Shown in pieces: positions 42,659-53,425 of a stretch of 64,000 nt of DNA. The stretch lies in the IMG/VR virus record IMGVR_UViG_3300037549_000096, one strand, 5' to 3'. The notes under the pieces were generated by a model. It was not told the DNA's origin, did no database searches, and saw only the letters and a list, made by a program, of their open reading frames with translations. This DNA comes from a virus. Position 1 is the stretch's first letter. Each line of letters opens with the position of its first letter. The translations under genes were made by a program, and so were the position numbers.

Positions 42659-42985
42659 ATGATTGTTAAATTAGCTGGATTTATTCCGAAAGCTACTGGA
42701 TTTATACCTAAAGCAATTGAAGGATTAGGATTATCTAATCTATCTAAAAAGTTAGCCGGGAATCCAGGTTTAGTTAGTAAGATTCAGAATGCATCTTTAA
42801 TTCCGACTATCGCTTTAGGTGATGGTGCCGTGAAAGCTATGGACGCAAAACCTGGAGAGTCAAAAATAAAAGCATTTGGTAAAGGTGCTGCTCAAGGTGC
42901 ATTTGCTGGTGCGCTTATTGGTGGTGCAGATCAATTAGTAAATACTTTAGCTCATCATGGCGCTACTAAATTAATAGCTAAATAA
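42659..42985 (+). CDS. MIIKLA-family protein (MIVKLAG) with a glycine zipper
   Basis: AGGAG RBS places the start at 42659; GAAQGAFAGALIGG. Confidence 0.75.
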   Translation: MIVKLAGFIPKATGFIPKAIEGLGLSNLSKKLAGNPGLVSKIQNASLIPTIALGDGAVKAMDAKPGESKIKAFGKGAAQGAFAGALIGGADQLVNTLAHHGATKLIAK

Positions 42986-42999
42986 GGTATTAAACCTAA

Positions 43000-44445
43000 A
43001 TGAGTGATCTTTTTTGTTCTACACTTAATGAATTAAGACTAACTTCTGTTAGTGGATTAGATAATCTTACAACCGCTTATGTAGGTACATTAAGAAGTCT
43101 TTTTATATGGGTTAATAATGAAGGCGGTACAGATGATAATCAAACTGTTATCACTCCTTCTAATAATCCACCTTCAGGAAGATGGATTTGTCCACAAGCT
43201 CCTATAATTCCTAATCAAACAACACCTTGGAACTTAGTAGATAAAACTGGATCTAAACTAAGTGATCTTAGTATTAGATCTGCTACTGATTTAGACTCAG
43301 GTACAATACATTATTTACGTTTACCTGATGGTGTTCCTTATTTTAATCCTGCTCCACCTTTAATGATTTTAACTACAGATAATAGTGGTAATTATCAGTT
43401 AACACATATTAACGTTTCTCAGTTAGATGGTTTAGTTCCTTTTGGTAAAATTGATTGGACTAATTTTGATCCTAATACTATTGGAGCCGAATCTTTAATA
43501 GTATTTAATCCTAATCAGTTTGATGTAGATGCTTTTAATAATGTATCTATTAAATTAATGTCGAATAATCAAGCAGGTTTAGCGATTCCAGGCGAAGGAA
43601 TTATATCAGATACTCAAGGAAGAATTAATGTTATATATGGAACAGGCCCTAGTCAAGCTTTAGAAGGTACTACTCCTTTAGGCGGTGATTTAAGTGGCGA
43701 ACATTCTACTGCTGTAGTTGATGCTTTACGTAATGTTCCATTAACTTTCTTTTTTAATGAATTAGAAGATAAAGATGGTTATATTTTAAGATTAAATAGT
43801 TCTAACCATAGTACGCCGTTCTTTTATCTTTCTCCTGGTGGTAGTGGTGGTAACGGTAATGTCTTTAGTATTGAATTTAATTGTTCTACTCCAATTGCAG
43901 AGATTGGACAAACTGTTTCTAATCTTTTATTTAATGCTGCTTATAGTGGAACTGTAACAAGTGCTACTCTGACTGATACATTAGGACATTCTACTAATTT
44001 AACAAGCCCTTATACTTCGGTTGTTTCACCTTATTCATTTACTGAAAATACACAAACAAGCATTACATTTACTTTATCTATCTTAGATTCAGAAAGCGCA
44101 AGCCATGAAGCAACTACAGAAGTTTCTTGGTTGCCACGAATTTATTGGGGATCATATATAGCTACTACTGATTATATAAGTTTAATCAACGGTCTACAAT
44201 ATTCGCAATTAGCCTCAACCCGTAATGGCAGTTTCACAGCAAATCCTGGTTTAAGTGAATATATTTATTATGCTGTACCTTCTAGTTTTGGGTCTGCTAT
44301 TCTAAGTGTTGGTGATATTGTGGGCGGGATTGAATGTATTGCCTCTTCAATTATGATTACTAATTCGTATGGAATTACAATTCCATACGATATTTATAAG
44401 TCAGATAATGTTGGGTTAGGTCAAACAACAGTGGTGGTTAACTAA
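43000..44445 (+). CDS. tail fibre/structural protein
   Basis: LGGDLSG motif; C-terminal YIYYAVPSSFG domain. Confidence 0.65.
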   Translation: MSDLFCSTLNELRLTSVSGLDNLTTAYVGTLRSLFIWVNNEGGTDDNQTVITPSNNPPSGRWICPQAPIIPNQTTPWNLVDKTGSKLSDLSIRSATDLDSGTIHYLRLPDGVPYFNPAPPLMILTTDNSGNYQLTHINVSQLDGLVPFGKIDWTNFDPNTIGAESLIVFNPNQFDVDAFNNVSIKLMSNNQAGLAIPGEGIISDTQGRINVIYGTGPSQALEGTTPLGGDLSGEHSTAVVDALRNVPLTFFFNELEDKDGYILRLNSSNHSTPFFYLSPGGSGGNGNVFSIEFNCSTPIAEIGQTVSNLLFNAAYSGTVTSATLTDTLGHSTNLTSPYTSVVSPYSFTENTQTSITFTLSILDSESASHEATTEVSWLPRIYWGSYIATTDYISLINGLQYSQLASTRNGSFTANPGLSEYIYYAVPSSFGSAILSVGDIVGGIECIASSIMITNSYGITIPYDIYKSDNVGLGQTTVVVN

Positions 44446-45075
44446 ATGCCTATTCCGATTATTGCCGAATTAGTTCCTAAGAATGCAGGGCAATTTGCTC
44501 TTTTAGATGATTCTAATATAAGAGGCGGTTTAAGAGTTTGTGCATTATTAAATGATCGTGATAATATTTCAGACGATAAACGTAAAGAAGGAATGCTTGT
44601 TTATGTAATTGAAACAGGATTAATGTATTCTTTAGCTCATGATTTAGTTTCATGGAATCCGGCTTCAGGTTCAGGTGATATTAGCGCATTGGTTTTAACC
44701 GCAGTATTAGCTGGTTATACTTTAGGCTCAGATGGAACTAGTTTACTTTCAACCGATACAATACTTCATGCATTTCAAAAGATTCAAGTTCAAATAAATA
44801 ACAAACAAAGAAAACCTGTAGTATCTCATGTAACTGGAACAACAGTTCTTGATGCATCAACTGATATTTTAATTATAAACTCAGTTGTTAATTGTGATGT
44901 TTTTTTACCTTCTATTTCTGGTAATACATCTTATCGTACTAAAAGTATAGGTTCAGGTATCGCTACCTTAAGACCAAATGGTTTAAATACGGTCGAAAAT
45001 TTACCTTCCTATAGTATCCTAACTAAAAACGCTTTTGATCTTGTATCTTATTCTAATAACTGGTATATTCTCTAA
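44446..45075 (+). CDS. tail-fibre-associated protein
   Basis: R..I...RKEGMLVYV; STDTILHAFQKIQ motif also present in the next gene. Confidence 0.6.
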   Translation: MPIPIIAELVPKNAGQFALLDDSNIRGGLRVCALLNDRDNISDDKRKEGMLVYVIETGLMYSLAHDLVSWNPASGSGDISALVLTAVLAGYTLGSDGTSLLSTDTILHAFQKIQVQINNKQRKPVVSHVTGTTVLDASTDILIINSVVNCDVFLPSISGNTSYRTKSIGSGIATLRPNGLNTVENLPSYSILTKNAFDLVSYSNNWYIL

Positions 45076-45087
45076 GGAGAGACTCTC

Positions 45088-47778
45088 ATGGCTTATATTT
45101 TAAATAGTCCCGTATTTACGGGTAATCCTCAAGCTCCTACTCCTTTAACTGCGGATAATAGCACTAGTCTCGCTACTACTGCATTCGTTAAAGCACAAGG
45201 TTACGGATTAGGTTCTGTAACCGCCATTGGCGTAACTACAGCTAACGGAGTGTCAGGTTCATCTTCGGGTGGATCTACACCTAACTTAACGATTACATTA
45301 GGCGCGATTACTCCGACTAATGTAAATGGTTTAACTTTAACTGCTAACGCAACTGGTTTCCAGATCGCTGGTGGTACGACTAGTAAAACATTGATTGTTC
45401 AGAATAACCTTACTCTCGCTGGTACAGATTTAGCAACTTTGAATATTGGTGGTGGTGGTACTTTAGGTAGTGCTGCTTATACTGCTTCTTCTGCTTATCA
45501 ACCTGTAGCTACTAATTTAACTAGTATTGGTTCATTAGCTAACTCTGCTGGTGTTTTATATAATAATGGTTCTGGAACATTTACTTATGCTGTTTTAGGT
45601 GGAACTGCTCAAGCTGATGCAGGTGCAGGAAGTAATGGAACTGGAACTGCTGTTGCTTTAGCTAATCACGTTCACCCTCTTAGTACTGCTTATGAACCAG
45701 CTTTAGGTAATCCTGGAACTAATGGCTGGATTTTATCTTCAACTACAGCCGGAGTTAGAAGCTGGATAGCGATGACAGCGGGTTTCTCTAACCCAATGAC
45801 AACAACTGGCGATATAATGATCGCTAATCCAACAACTACCGCAGTTAGATTAGGTATTGGTACAACTGGATATGTTTTGACTGTTGTTGGTGGTTTACCT
45901 GCATGGTCTAACACTCCTACCTTAACTGGTACAAATTTTAGTGGTATTGGTAATAGTGCATTAACTAACAATACGGTTACAATTGGCTCTACTTCAGTTG
46001 CTCTTGGTGCTACTGTTACTACGTTTGTTGGTTTAGTATCTGTAACTTCTACTACGTTTGTTGGTGCTTTAACTGGTAACGCTTCAACTTCAACATCATT
46101 AGCAGGTGGTTCTACTGGTGCTTTAGTTTATCAAAGTGGTGCTGGCGCCACAGCTTTCTTAGCTGCTGGTACTTCTTCACAAGTCTTAGTTGGTGGTGCT
46201 TCACTTCCCGCTTGGTCTAATACACCTACATTAACTGGTACTAATTTTACTGGTATTCCCGAATCTGCCGTAACTAACTTAACAACTGACTTAAGTAATA
46301 GAGTATTAATTTCTTCTGTTGGTGTTGCTAATGGCGTTGCTTCACTTGACTCTGGTGGTCATGTACCTTTAGCTCAATTACCTACTGCTATTCAAGGCGC
46401 TTTACAGTATCAAGGTACTTGGAATGCCTCTACAAACACTTCTCCTGCTTTAGCTTCAGGTGTTGGTACTAAAGGTTATTATTATAAAGTATCAGTAGCA
46501 GGTACTACTACTATTGATACTGTCTCTAACTGGAATGTTGGAGATATGATCGTATTCGATGGAACTACCTGGGATAAGATAGATGGTCCTGCTGAAGCTG
46601 TTATTAGCGTTAACGGTTCTATTGGTGCTGTAACGGTAGCAGCAACTAACCAGACCATGTATTTAGGTACTACTGCTTTAACTATTAACGCTACTACTGG
46701 TACACAAAATACTATAGCCGGTATGACTTCAATTACATCAACAACTTTTGTTGGTGCTTTAACTGGTAATGCTTCTACAGCTACTTCATTAAGCGCGGGT
46801 GCTACTGGTTCATTACCTTATCAGTCTGGTGCGGGTGTTACTGCTTATTTAGCAGCGGGTACAGCTTCTCAAGTCTTAATTGGTGGCGCTTCATTACCTG
46901 CCTGGACTAATACTCCTACTTTAACAGGTACTAACTTCACAGGTATTCCTGGTACTGCTATTAATAGTATTGTTGCTACAGCTACATTAGCTTCTACTTC
47001 TACTATAGCTAATGATAATGCTACTAATGCTTCTATGTATCTTACCTGGGTTACTGCTACTACAGGTTCTTTAGCTCTTAAGACTACTACTGCTATTGCC
47101 GTTAATCCTTCGACTGGTATTTTAAGTGCTACTGGCTTTGCTGGTTCTGGTTCTGGTTTAACTTCATTAACTGCTGGTAATTTAAGTGGTACTATTCCTT
47201 CAGGTGTTTTAGGTAACTCTACTGTTTATATTGGTACGACCGCAGTAGCCTTAAATAGAGCCTCTGCCGCTTTAGTTCTCACTGGTATTACTTCAATTGA
47301 TGGTTCTGCTGCTTCTATTAGTGGTAACTTAACTGGTGACGTAACTTCGGTAGGTATGACTACTAGTTTAGCTGCTTCTGTTGTAATGGGTAAAACCTTA
47401 ACTGGTTATAGTGCTGGATCTGATTATACTCAATTAGCTTCTACTGATACATTATTACAAGCTTATCAAAAATTACAATATCAAATTAATGTTAGTATTC
47501 TTCAAGGTATTTCTACTAAGACTACTACTTATAACCCTGTAGTTGTGACTGATAAATTTATTCGTTTAGATGCTACTGGTGGTGCATTTAACGTTACTTT
47601 AATGGCCGCGCCTCCTACTGGTTATTGGTGCGTATTTAAGAAGATTGATTCTACCGCTAATGCGATTACTATTTCTGGTAATGGTAAAACAATTGATGGT
47701 AATGCTTCTGTTACTATTTCTGCTCAATATAATGCATTAGAACTTCAATACAATGGTACAACTTGGGATATCCTGTAA
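45088..47778 (+). CDS. long tail fibre protein
   Basis: SPVFTGNPQAPTP..DNSTSLATTAFV; GVASLD.GG.VP..QLP; YQGTWNASTN; internal ~70-aa duplication. Confidence 0.85.
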   Translation: MAYILNSPVFTGNPQAPTPLTADNSTSLATTAFVKAQGYGLGSVTAIGVTTANGVSGSSSGGSTPNLTITLGAITPTNVNGLTLTANATGFQIAGGTTSKTLIVQNNLTLAGTDLATLNIGGGGTLGSAAYTASSAYQPVATNLTSIGSLANSAGVLYNNGSGTFTYAVLGGTAQADAGAGSNGTGTAVALANHVHPLSTAYEPALGNPGTNGWILSSTTAGVRSWIAMTAGFSNPMTTTGDIMIANPTTTAVRLGIGTTGYVLTVVGGLPAWSNTPTLTGTNFSGIGNSALTNNTVTIGSTSVALGATVTTFVGLVSVTSTTFVGALTGNASTSTSLAGGSTGALVYQSGAGATAFLAAGTSSQVLVGGASLPAWSNTPTLTGTNFTGIPESAVTNLTTDLSNRVLISSVGVANGVASLDSGGHVPLAQLPTAIQGALQYQGTWNASTNTSPALASGVGTKGYYYKVSVAGTTTIDTVSNWNVGDMIVFDGTTWDKIDGPAEAVISVNGSIGAVTVAATNQTMYLGTTALTINATTGTQNTIAGMTSITSTTFVGALTGNASTATSLSAGATGSLPYQSGAGVTAYLAAGTASQVLIGGASLPAWTNTPTLTGTNFTGIPGTAINSIVATATLASTSTIANDNATNASMYLTWVTATTGSLALKTTTAIAVNPSTGILSATGFAGSGSGLTSLTAGNLSGTIPSGVLGNSTVYIGTTAVALNRASAALVLTGITSIDGSAASISGNLTGDVTSVGMTTSLAASVVMGKTLTGYSAGSDYTQLASTDTLLQAYQKLQYQINVSILQGISTKTTTYNPVVVTDKFIRLDATGGAFNVTLMAAPPTGYWCVFKKIDSTANAITISGNGKTIDGNASVTISAQYNALELQYNGTTWDIL

Positions 47779-47781
47779 ACA

Positions 47782-48822
47782 ATGGCTTATATTGTAAATA
47801 GCCCAACGTTTAGCGGGACTGTTACAAGTCTTGGGCCTATTTCGTTAGCGGCTTCCCAAGGTATAGTAGTTGCATCTGGCGCTCCAGGTGTGACTACTAA
47901 TACCTTATATCAAATTGCAGGAACGTTATATTTTAACGGTAATTCTGTTGGTGGTATTGGTGCTTCTTATAGTCAAACAATTGGTAATGGAGCTTTAACT
48001 TCTATTGTTGTTACTCATGGTTTGGGGACTACAGATATAAATGTAACTGTTTGGGAATTAGGTGGTAGTAAACGAAACGTAACTGCTGCTATTGAAATAC
48101 AAAATACTAGTTCTACTCAAATTACTTTAATATTTGCTACTGCTCCTGCTACTAATTCATTACGTGTAGATATTACACCTTTAGGTACTTCTGGTAGTTA
48201 TACGTTAACAGATGACACGGCAACAAATGCTACTTATTACCCAGTAGTAGCTACGGCTTCTGGTGGTTCTACTTTAAAAACTTCATCAACTAAGTTAAGT
48301 TATAATCCATCTACTGGAAATCTCGTATCCACAAGTCATAATAGTGTAGTTATTACTCCACCTGCCACTACTGCTACTTTAACTTTAGCAAATAACTCTT
48401 CTTTAATTACTTCTGGAGCTTATTCTACTACTCTTACGGTTACGGGTACAACTACTTTAACTTTACCTACTAGTGGCACTCTCGCTACTACTTCACAAAT
48501 ACAAGGTGTTACAACTGTAAGTTTTGCTTCTACGATTAATCTAGATTTAACTACTATTCCAGGTCCAGTAGCTAGAATAACTTTAACAGGAACATGTACT
48601 ATAAATATCACTAATGGATCTGATGGTCAAAAAGTATTATTAGAATTACTTCAAAATGGAACGGGAACATACGTGGTTACATTAGGAACTGGTTGGGCTT
48701 ACGGGACTGATATTACAAGTTATACTAATACATTAACAGCCAGTAAGCGAGATATTTTAGGATTAGAATATAATTCATCACTTTCAAAAGCTATGTTAAT
48801 CGCTGTAGCTCACGGATATTAA
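47782..48822 (+). CDS. tail fibre protein
   Basis: T/G/S-rich; THGLGTTD; modules shared with 49502..52870. Confidence 0.75.
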   Translation: MAYIVNSPTFSGTVTSLGPISLAASQGIVVASGAPGVTTNTLYQIAGTLYFNGNSVGGIGASYSQTIGNGALTSIVVTHGLGTTDINVTVWELGGSKRNVTAAIEIQNTSSTQITLIFATAPATNSLRVDITPLGTSGSYTLTDDTATNATYYPVVATASGGSTLKTSSTKLSYNPSTGNLVSTSHNSVVITPPATTATLTLANNSSLITSGAYSTTLTVTGTTTLTLPTSGTLATTSQIQGVTTVSFASTINLDLTTIPGPVARITLTGTCTINITNGSDGQKVLLELLQNGTGTYVVTLGTGWAYGTDITSYTNTLTASKRDILGLEYNSSLSKAMLIAVAHGY

Positions 48823-48823
48823 T

Positions 48824-49492
48824 ATGGCGATAGCTCTTAGACATTCTTATATAACAAGATCAGTTAAAGTTCAATCTGGTGTAGCTGTTACTGTAGGTGA
48901 TATTATTGTAGTTTTTTTAGGTGGTGCTTCTTCAGTTAATATTACGTCAAGTTGTGCTGATAATTCTAGTGGTGGAACGAATACTTATACTAAACAAACA
49001 GGAACTTATGGATATTTGTTTACTAATGCAGGAATGAGTATTGATGTTTTTACCGCAAAAGCAAAAGCTACTGAAACTCTAACTATTACCGTTACTTCAA
49101 CATTACCTACAGCAGATGATATAGCTGTTCAAGTGATTTCTGGTGCAGCCGCTTCTTCTTATGTAGAAAGTATTGCTTATCAAGATTGTGTCTCTGGTGG
49201 AGGTACATCTTTTACTGGCGCTTCTATTACTACTACAAATGCTAATGATTATTTAGCTTGTTTTTGGGATGCAGATTATAACGGTGTTACCTGGACTGAA
49301 AACGGAGCAGGTTTTACTATTGATAGTCAATCGGTAACTGGAGTTAATAGTTATAGAGTAGTATCTTCTATAGGAACTTATGCAGATAAAGTAACAACAG
49401 GTGCTAATACTCAAGAACCCGCCTGTGTTATGTTAGCTATTAAAGCTGCTGGCTCTAGTTATGATGCTACAAAAATGTTAGCTTGTTTTTAA
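48824..49492 (+). CDS. tail-tip beta-sandwich protein
   Basis: VTVGDIIVV...TLTITVT...ITTTNANDYL pattern; within the fibre cluster. Confidence 0.55.
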   Translation: MAIALRHSYITRSVKVQSGVAVTVGDIIVVFLGGASSVNITSSCADNSSGGTNTYTKQTGTYGYLFTNAGMSIDVFTAKAKATETLTITVTSTLPTADDIAVQVISGAAASSYVESIAYQDCVSGGGTSFTGASITTTNANDYLACFWDADYNGVTWTENGAGFTIDSQSVTGVNSYRVVSSIGTYADKVTTGANTQEPACVMLAIKAAGSSYDATKMLACF

Positions 49493-49501
49493 GGTGTAAT
49501 T

Positions 49502-52500
49502 ATGGCTTTAGCGCAATTACAAGTATCTGATCCTATTTCTACTACCGGATTAACGATAGTAGGTACTACTACAGGAATTATTATACCTTCAGGCGTTCCT
49601 TCTAATGGCACAACTAATGCTTTATATCAAGTAAGTGGAAGTTTATATTTTAATGGTTCAGTTTTAGGCGGCGGTTCCGTAACTCTTACAGACGACAATT
49701 CAACAAATGCTACTTATTATCCAGTTATCGCTACTACGGCTGGCGGATCTACCTTAAAAACAAGTTCTACTAAAATAAGCTTTAATCCTTCAACTGGTAA
49801 TCTTGTAATTGGTGGACCTTTAACTTTAGCCGCTTCACAAGGTATTACTTTACCTAGTGGGGCTCCTGGAACTACTACTAATGCTTTATATAGTGTTAGT
49901 GGAACTTTATACTTTAACGGAACTGCTATTACTGGTGGTACTGGCTTGACTAACCCAATGACAACATTGGGAGATTTTATTTATGGTGGCGCTTCTGGTG
50001 CAGGAACTAGATTAGCTGGTAATATTACGGCTAGACAGCAAATGTTAGTTCAAATGGGAACTGGTACAGTTTCAGCGGCTCCATATTGGATTAATACACC
50101 TGAAATTATTATTACCGGAATGGACCCTACAGGCGCAACTGATTCGACTTCCGCTATCAATACAGCTATAACCGCACTACCCACAAATGGCGGAACATTA
50201 AGAATACCTGATCCTGGTCCAACTGGGTTTTATAGTTTTAATTTAGTATTAACTAAAACTGGTGTAACTATTATTGGTCCTGGAATGTCAAATTCAGGGA
50301 CTAATGGTGGTGGTGCGCCTGTCAGATATTGTCAAGCTTATAATACAACATTACCTGTAATACAAATAGGTAATGATACTTTATCTGTATATACTGATAG
50401 TTGTCATTTAAGAGATTTTTGTTTTTATGGTGGAAATAATAGTAGTCAATATGGATTAACTCTTACAGGCGGCTGTATAGCGGCTTGTTGTGAAGATATT
50501 CAAATTATTAATTTTAGTAATCAGGGCCTTACAATTAAAAATGAAGACGTTACAGAATGTGAATATAGCAAGTTTTATAATCTTCGTATTAACTCAAATA
50601 TAGCTGGTGCTGTTGGTTTAGCTATTTTAGATAAACATGTATCTGGTACTGGCTGGACTAGTGCTATAGATATTATTGGTTTTAGTATTCAGGCTGTTAG
50701 TTATCAAATACTTTGTGATTCAACTCAAGCTAATTTAACAAATGGTTATATCCAAAGTGGTGTTAGCGGTTCTAGCATCATGATTAAAAATTCATATTCT
50801 GGTGCTAATATTCAATATATTGGTTTAGTTTGTGAAAATGTTAATCAAGATGCTGTTGGAACTGGCAATTATAACGTTGGAACTACAGTTAATATTCCAA
50901 CTATAAACTCAACAAATCTACAAGAGTCATCTTGGATATCAGGAGACTTTAGTTCTGGTGGAAATACTTTTGTAGCTCCTATTACTACTACTGGAAGTAT
51001 TACTGGAGGTCTTAAAGCATTAACGGTAGCTAGTGCTACTGGTATTTATGCTGGCAAAGCTGTAATGGTGGTTGGAGCAGGCCCAAACTACCTTAACTTT
51101 GTTTCTTTTGTACAAAGTATTTCAGGAACTACGTTAACATTATTTGATGCCGCTAATTATACAGTAGCAGGAGCTACAGTATATGTAGGAGATATAACTG
51201 GTTTTGAAGCACATTCAATGTTTAATAATAGTGCTGGTTATGTAGGATTTTATCCATTAAATAAAGCTGGTATTAATACAAGTAATGCTCCTATTTTATA
51301 CCAAACAGCTTGTCCTCGGTTAACCGCAGATCAACCCGGTCAAATTGGTCCATGGAATCAATACGGTAATGTGATTTTTGAACAAGGATTATATAATTTT
51401 TATTTATTAGAACAAATAGGAACAGCCGCTACACCTACCTCTATTACTCAATCTGGTTATACTGTAACTGTAACAATGGGGTCTTATGCTGCTCCCGGCG
51501 ATATTGTTGTTATCGGAGGCGTAAAAGAACGTGGTATCAATGGAACTTGGGTAGTTCAAACCGTTCCTGGTGGTTATCAAAACAATTTTACATTTACATG
51601 TAATTTTAGCCAAACATTAGCGGGTGTTACAGGTGTCCCTTTAGTAACAATCTATAAATCTACTAGTTTTGGTGGATCACAAGATGCAGATAATCACCCT
51701 GGATCAATCAATATACCTAGTGGTGAAAAATCAGGTATCTGGTTTAGTAATCCTACTGTAGCTGGTGGTAATTTAGCTAAAACATTATATCAAGACGCTG
51801 GATCAAGTAATTTCTATTTAATGACTCCAGATGCTACTAATGGTATTTTAAATCTTTGGGCCGGGACCGCAATAACAACAGGACCAGTTTTAAATATAGG
51901 TGATTCAGGCGGAACTGTTTTTAGTGTAAGTGGATTAGGTCAAGTTACAGCTAATGGTGCTATTAACAAAGTAACGATTACAGCACCTACTACTTCAGCT
52001 ACATTAACTTTAATTACAGGATCTACTTTAGCTACAAGCACAGCGGCATCCTTAACATTAGCTCTTTCTACTGTAGCTACAACTGTAACTACAATTCCTT
52101 CCGGTACACATAGTTTAGCTATTACAGATGCAGCTAATACATTCTCTGGATTACAAACATTTAGTAATGGTATTACTGTAAATAACACTACTATAACTGC
52201 CCCACAATCTACAGCTTCTCTCGCGTCTTTAACTCTTCCTTTAGGTTCTGCGTCTTACACTGGTGGAACTTTAGGAACAATCTGGAATGATTATACTAGA
52301 CAGACTTTAGGAGTTAATGTAGGAGCTTCTGGTTATCCATTAGTCAATTATTGGTCTGGTGTGATTTGGACTAAAACCGCAGCAACTACTCTATCTAACT
52401 GGACAACCGCAGCTACTATATTAGGTGCCGCCGGTACAGGTGTAGGCACTCTTACTCTTCCTGCTAACTTCTTTGTTGTTGGTAAGACTATTAGATTAAC

Positions 52501-52870
52501 TCTAAAAGGTTATCTAGGTACTTATACTTCTGCTCCTACTTTAAACATACAAACGACACTTGGCGGATCTGCTGTATCATCTTCTGGTGCAGTTAGTTTA
52601 ACTACTGTAAGTATGAGTATTAGAGGTTGGTCTTTAGAGTATTTATTTACATGTAGAACAACTGGGTCATCTGGTACAGTTATTGGAACCGGAGAATTTA
52701 TATGGTCTAATAGTGCAACATTATTTAGTTGCATACCAGTATTATCATCTACTGCTACTACTATTAATACAACAACCGTACAAGCTATAGACGTTACTAT
52801 GGCTTGTTCATCTGCAAATGCTAGTAATACTGTAGTATGTACAGTAGCCACTGTAGAAGTATTAAACTAA
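49502..52870 (+). CDS. tail spike/fibre with a pectin-lyase-like beta-helix
   Basis: NPMTTLGDFIYGG; DPTGATDSTSAINTAI...GGTLRIP followed by beta-helix repeats. Confidence 0.8.
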   Translation: MALAQLQVSDPISTTGLTIVGTTTGIIIPSGVPSNGTTNALYQVSGSLYFNGSVLGGGSVTLTDDNSTNATYYPVIATTAGGSTLKTSSTKISFNPSTGNLVIGGPLTLAASQGITLPSGAPGTTTNALYSVSGTLYFNGTAITGGTGLTNPMTTLGDFIYGGASGAGTRLAGNITARQQMLVQMGTGTVSAAPYWINTPEIIITGMDPTGATDSTSAINTAITALPTNGGTLRIPDPGPTGFYSFNLVLTKTGVTIIGPGMSNSGTNGGGAPVRYCQAYNTTLPVIQIGNDTLSVYTDSCHLRDFCFYGGNNSSQYGLTLTGGCIAACCEDIQIINFSNQGLTIKNEDVTECEYSKFYNLRINSNIAGAVGLAILDKHVSGTGWTSAIDIIGFSIQAVSYQILCDSTQANLTNGYIQSGVSGSSIMIKNSYSGANIQYIGLVCENVNQDAVGTGNYNVGTTVNIPTINSTNLQESSWISGDFSSGGNTFVAPITTTGSITGGLKALTVASATGIYAGKAVMVVGAGPNYLNFVSFVQSISGTTLTLFDAANYTVAGATVYVGDITGFEAHSMFNNSAGYVGFYPLNKAGINTSNAPILYQTACPRLTADQPGQIGPWNQYGNVIFEQGLYNFYLLEQIGTAATPTSITQSGYTVTVTMGSYAAPGDIVVIGGVKERGINGTWVVQTVPGGYQNNFTFTCNFSQTLAGVTGVPLVTIYKSTSFGGSQDADNHPGSINIPSGEKSGIWFSNPTVAGGNLAKTLYQDAGSSNFYLMTPDATNGILNLWAGTAITTGPVLNIGDSGGTVFSVSGLGQVTANGAINKVTITAPTTSATLTLITGSTLATSTAASLTLALSTVATTVTTIPSGTHSLAITDAANTFSGLQTFSNGITVNNTTITAPQSTASLASLTLPLGSASYTGGTLGTIWNDYTRQTLGVNVGASGYPLVNYWSGVIWTKTAATTLSNWTTAATILGAAGTGVGTLTLPANFFVVGKTIRLTLKGYLGTYTSAPTLNIQTTLGGSAVSSSGAVSLTTVSMSIRGWSLEYLFTCRTTGSSGTVIGTGEFIWSNSATLFSCIPVLSSTATTINTTTVQAIDVTMACSSANASNTVVCTVATVEVLN

Positions 52871-52879
52871 AGGAATAAT

Positions 52880-53326
52880 ATGTCTCTTCAAGAATTACAA
52901 ACAATTCTAAATACTGCTGAAACTGCAATGAATTTAGCAGATCAAGCGCATTCAGAAGCTATTCAAGCATATAATTTAGCTTTAGCTAATTATAATACAG
53001 CATTAACTCAAGGTATTCAATCTGGTACTGTTGGTTCTATATCTTCTGTTACTACTTTACTTTTAACGGAAAGAAATGCTGGTATTCAATCAGTCGCTAC
53101 TTTTTTAAAAGCTAATCCTACCGCTACTCAGGCTCAAGTTATCGCTAATTGGACAGGTGCAGCTACAGTAGCTACAGGATTACCTTCTTTACTTCAAGAT
53201 CCGACTCAATTATGTAATATTTATACTAATAATTTACATCAATTAGGTGCAATTCCTGACACTACATGGCAATCATTTATTAATTGGATTATCGCAACTC
53301 CTATTGAAGAGATTTTAGCTGATTAG
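52880..53326 (+). CDS. helical hypothetical protein (possible fibre chaperone)
   Basis: follows the fibre genes; AAGGA RBS. Confidence 0.6.
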   Translation: MSLQELQTILNTAETAMNLADQAHSEAIQAYNLALANYNTALTQGIQSGTVGSISSVTTLLLTERNAGIQSVATFLKANPTATQAQVIANWTGAATVATGLPSLLQDPTQLCNIYTNNLHQLGAIPDTTWQSFINWIIATPIEEILAD

Positions 53327-53334
53327 ATTTTTAT

Positions 53335-53363
53335 TTGACAAACGTGTATACATGTGATAAGAT
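53335..53363 (+). promoter_or_regulatory. sigma70-type promoter
   Basis: TTGACA-17nt-TAAGAT with TGn extension. Confidence 0.65.
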
Positions 53364-53425
53364 ATACTTCTCAACTCAGTAGTATCAACTACTGTCAACC
53401 ATAACCCACGTTCAACGGAGTTAAC

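Noticed and set aside
45690-52851. Antisense ORFs within the tail-fibre genes, and other opposite-strand track ORFs
   Set aside because: Shadow frames of Thr/Gly/Ala-rich genes with no RBS or motifs.
45088-52870. Diversity-generating retroelement acting on the fibre repeats
   Set aside because: No reverse transcriptase in the window, and the repeat differences are mostly third-position changes rather than adenine-specific.
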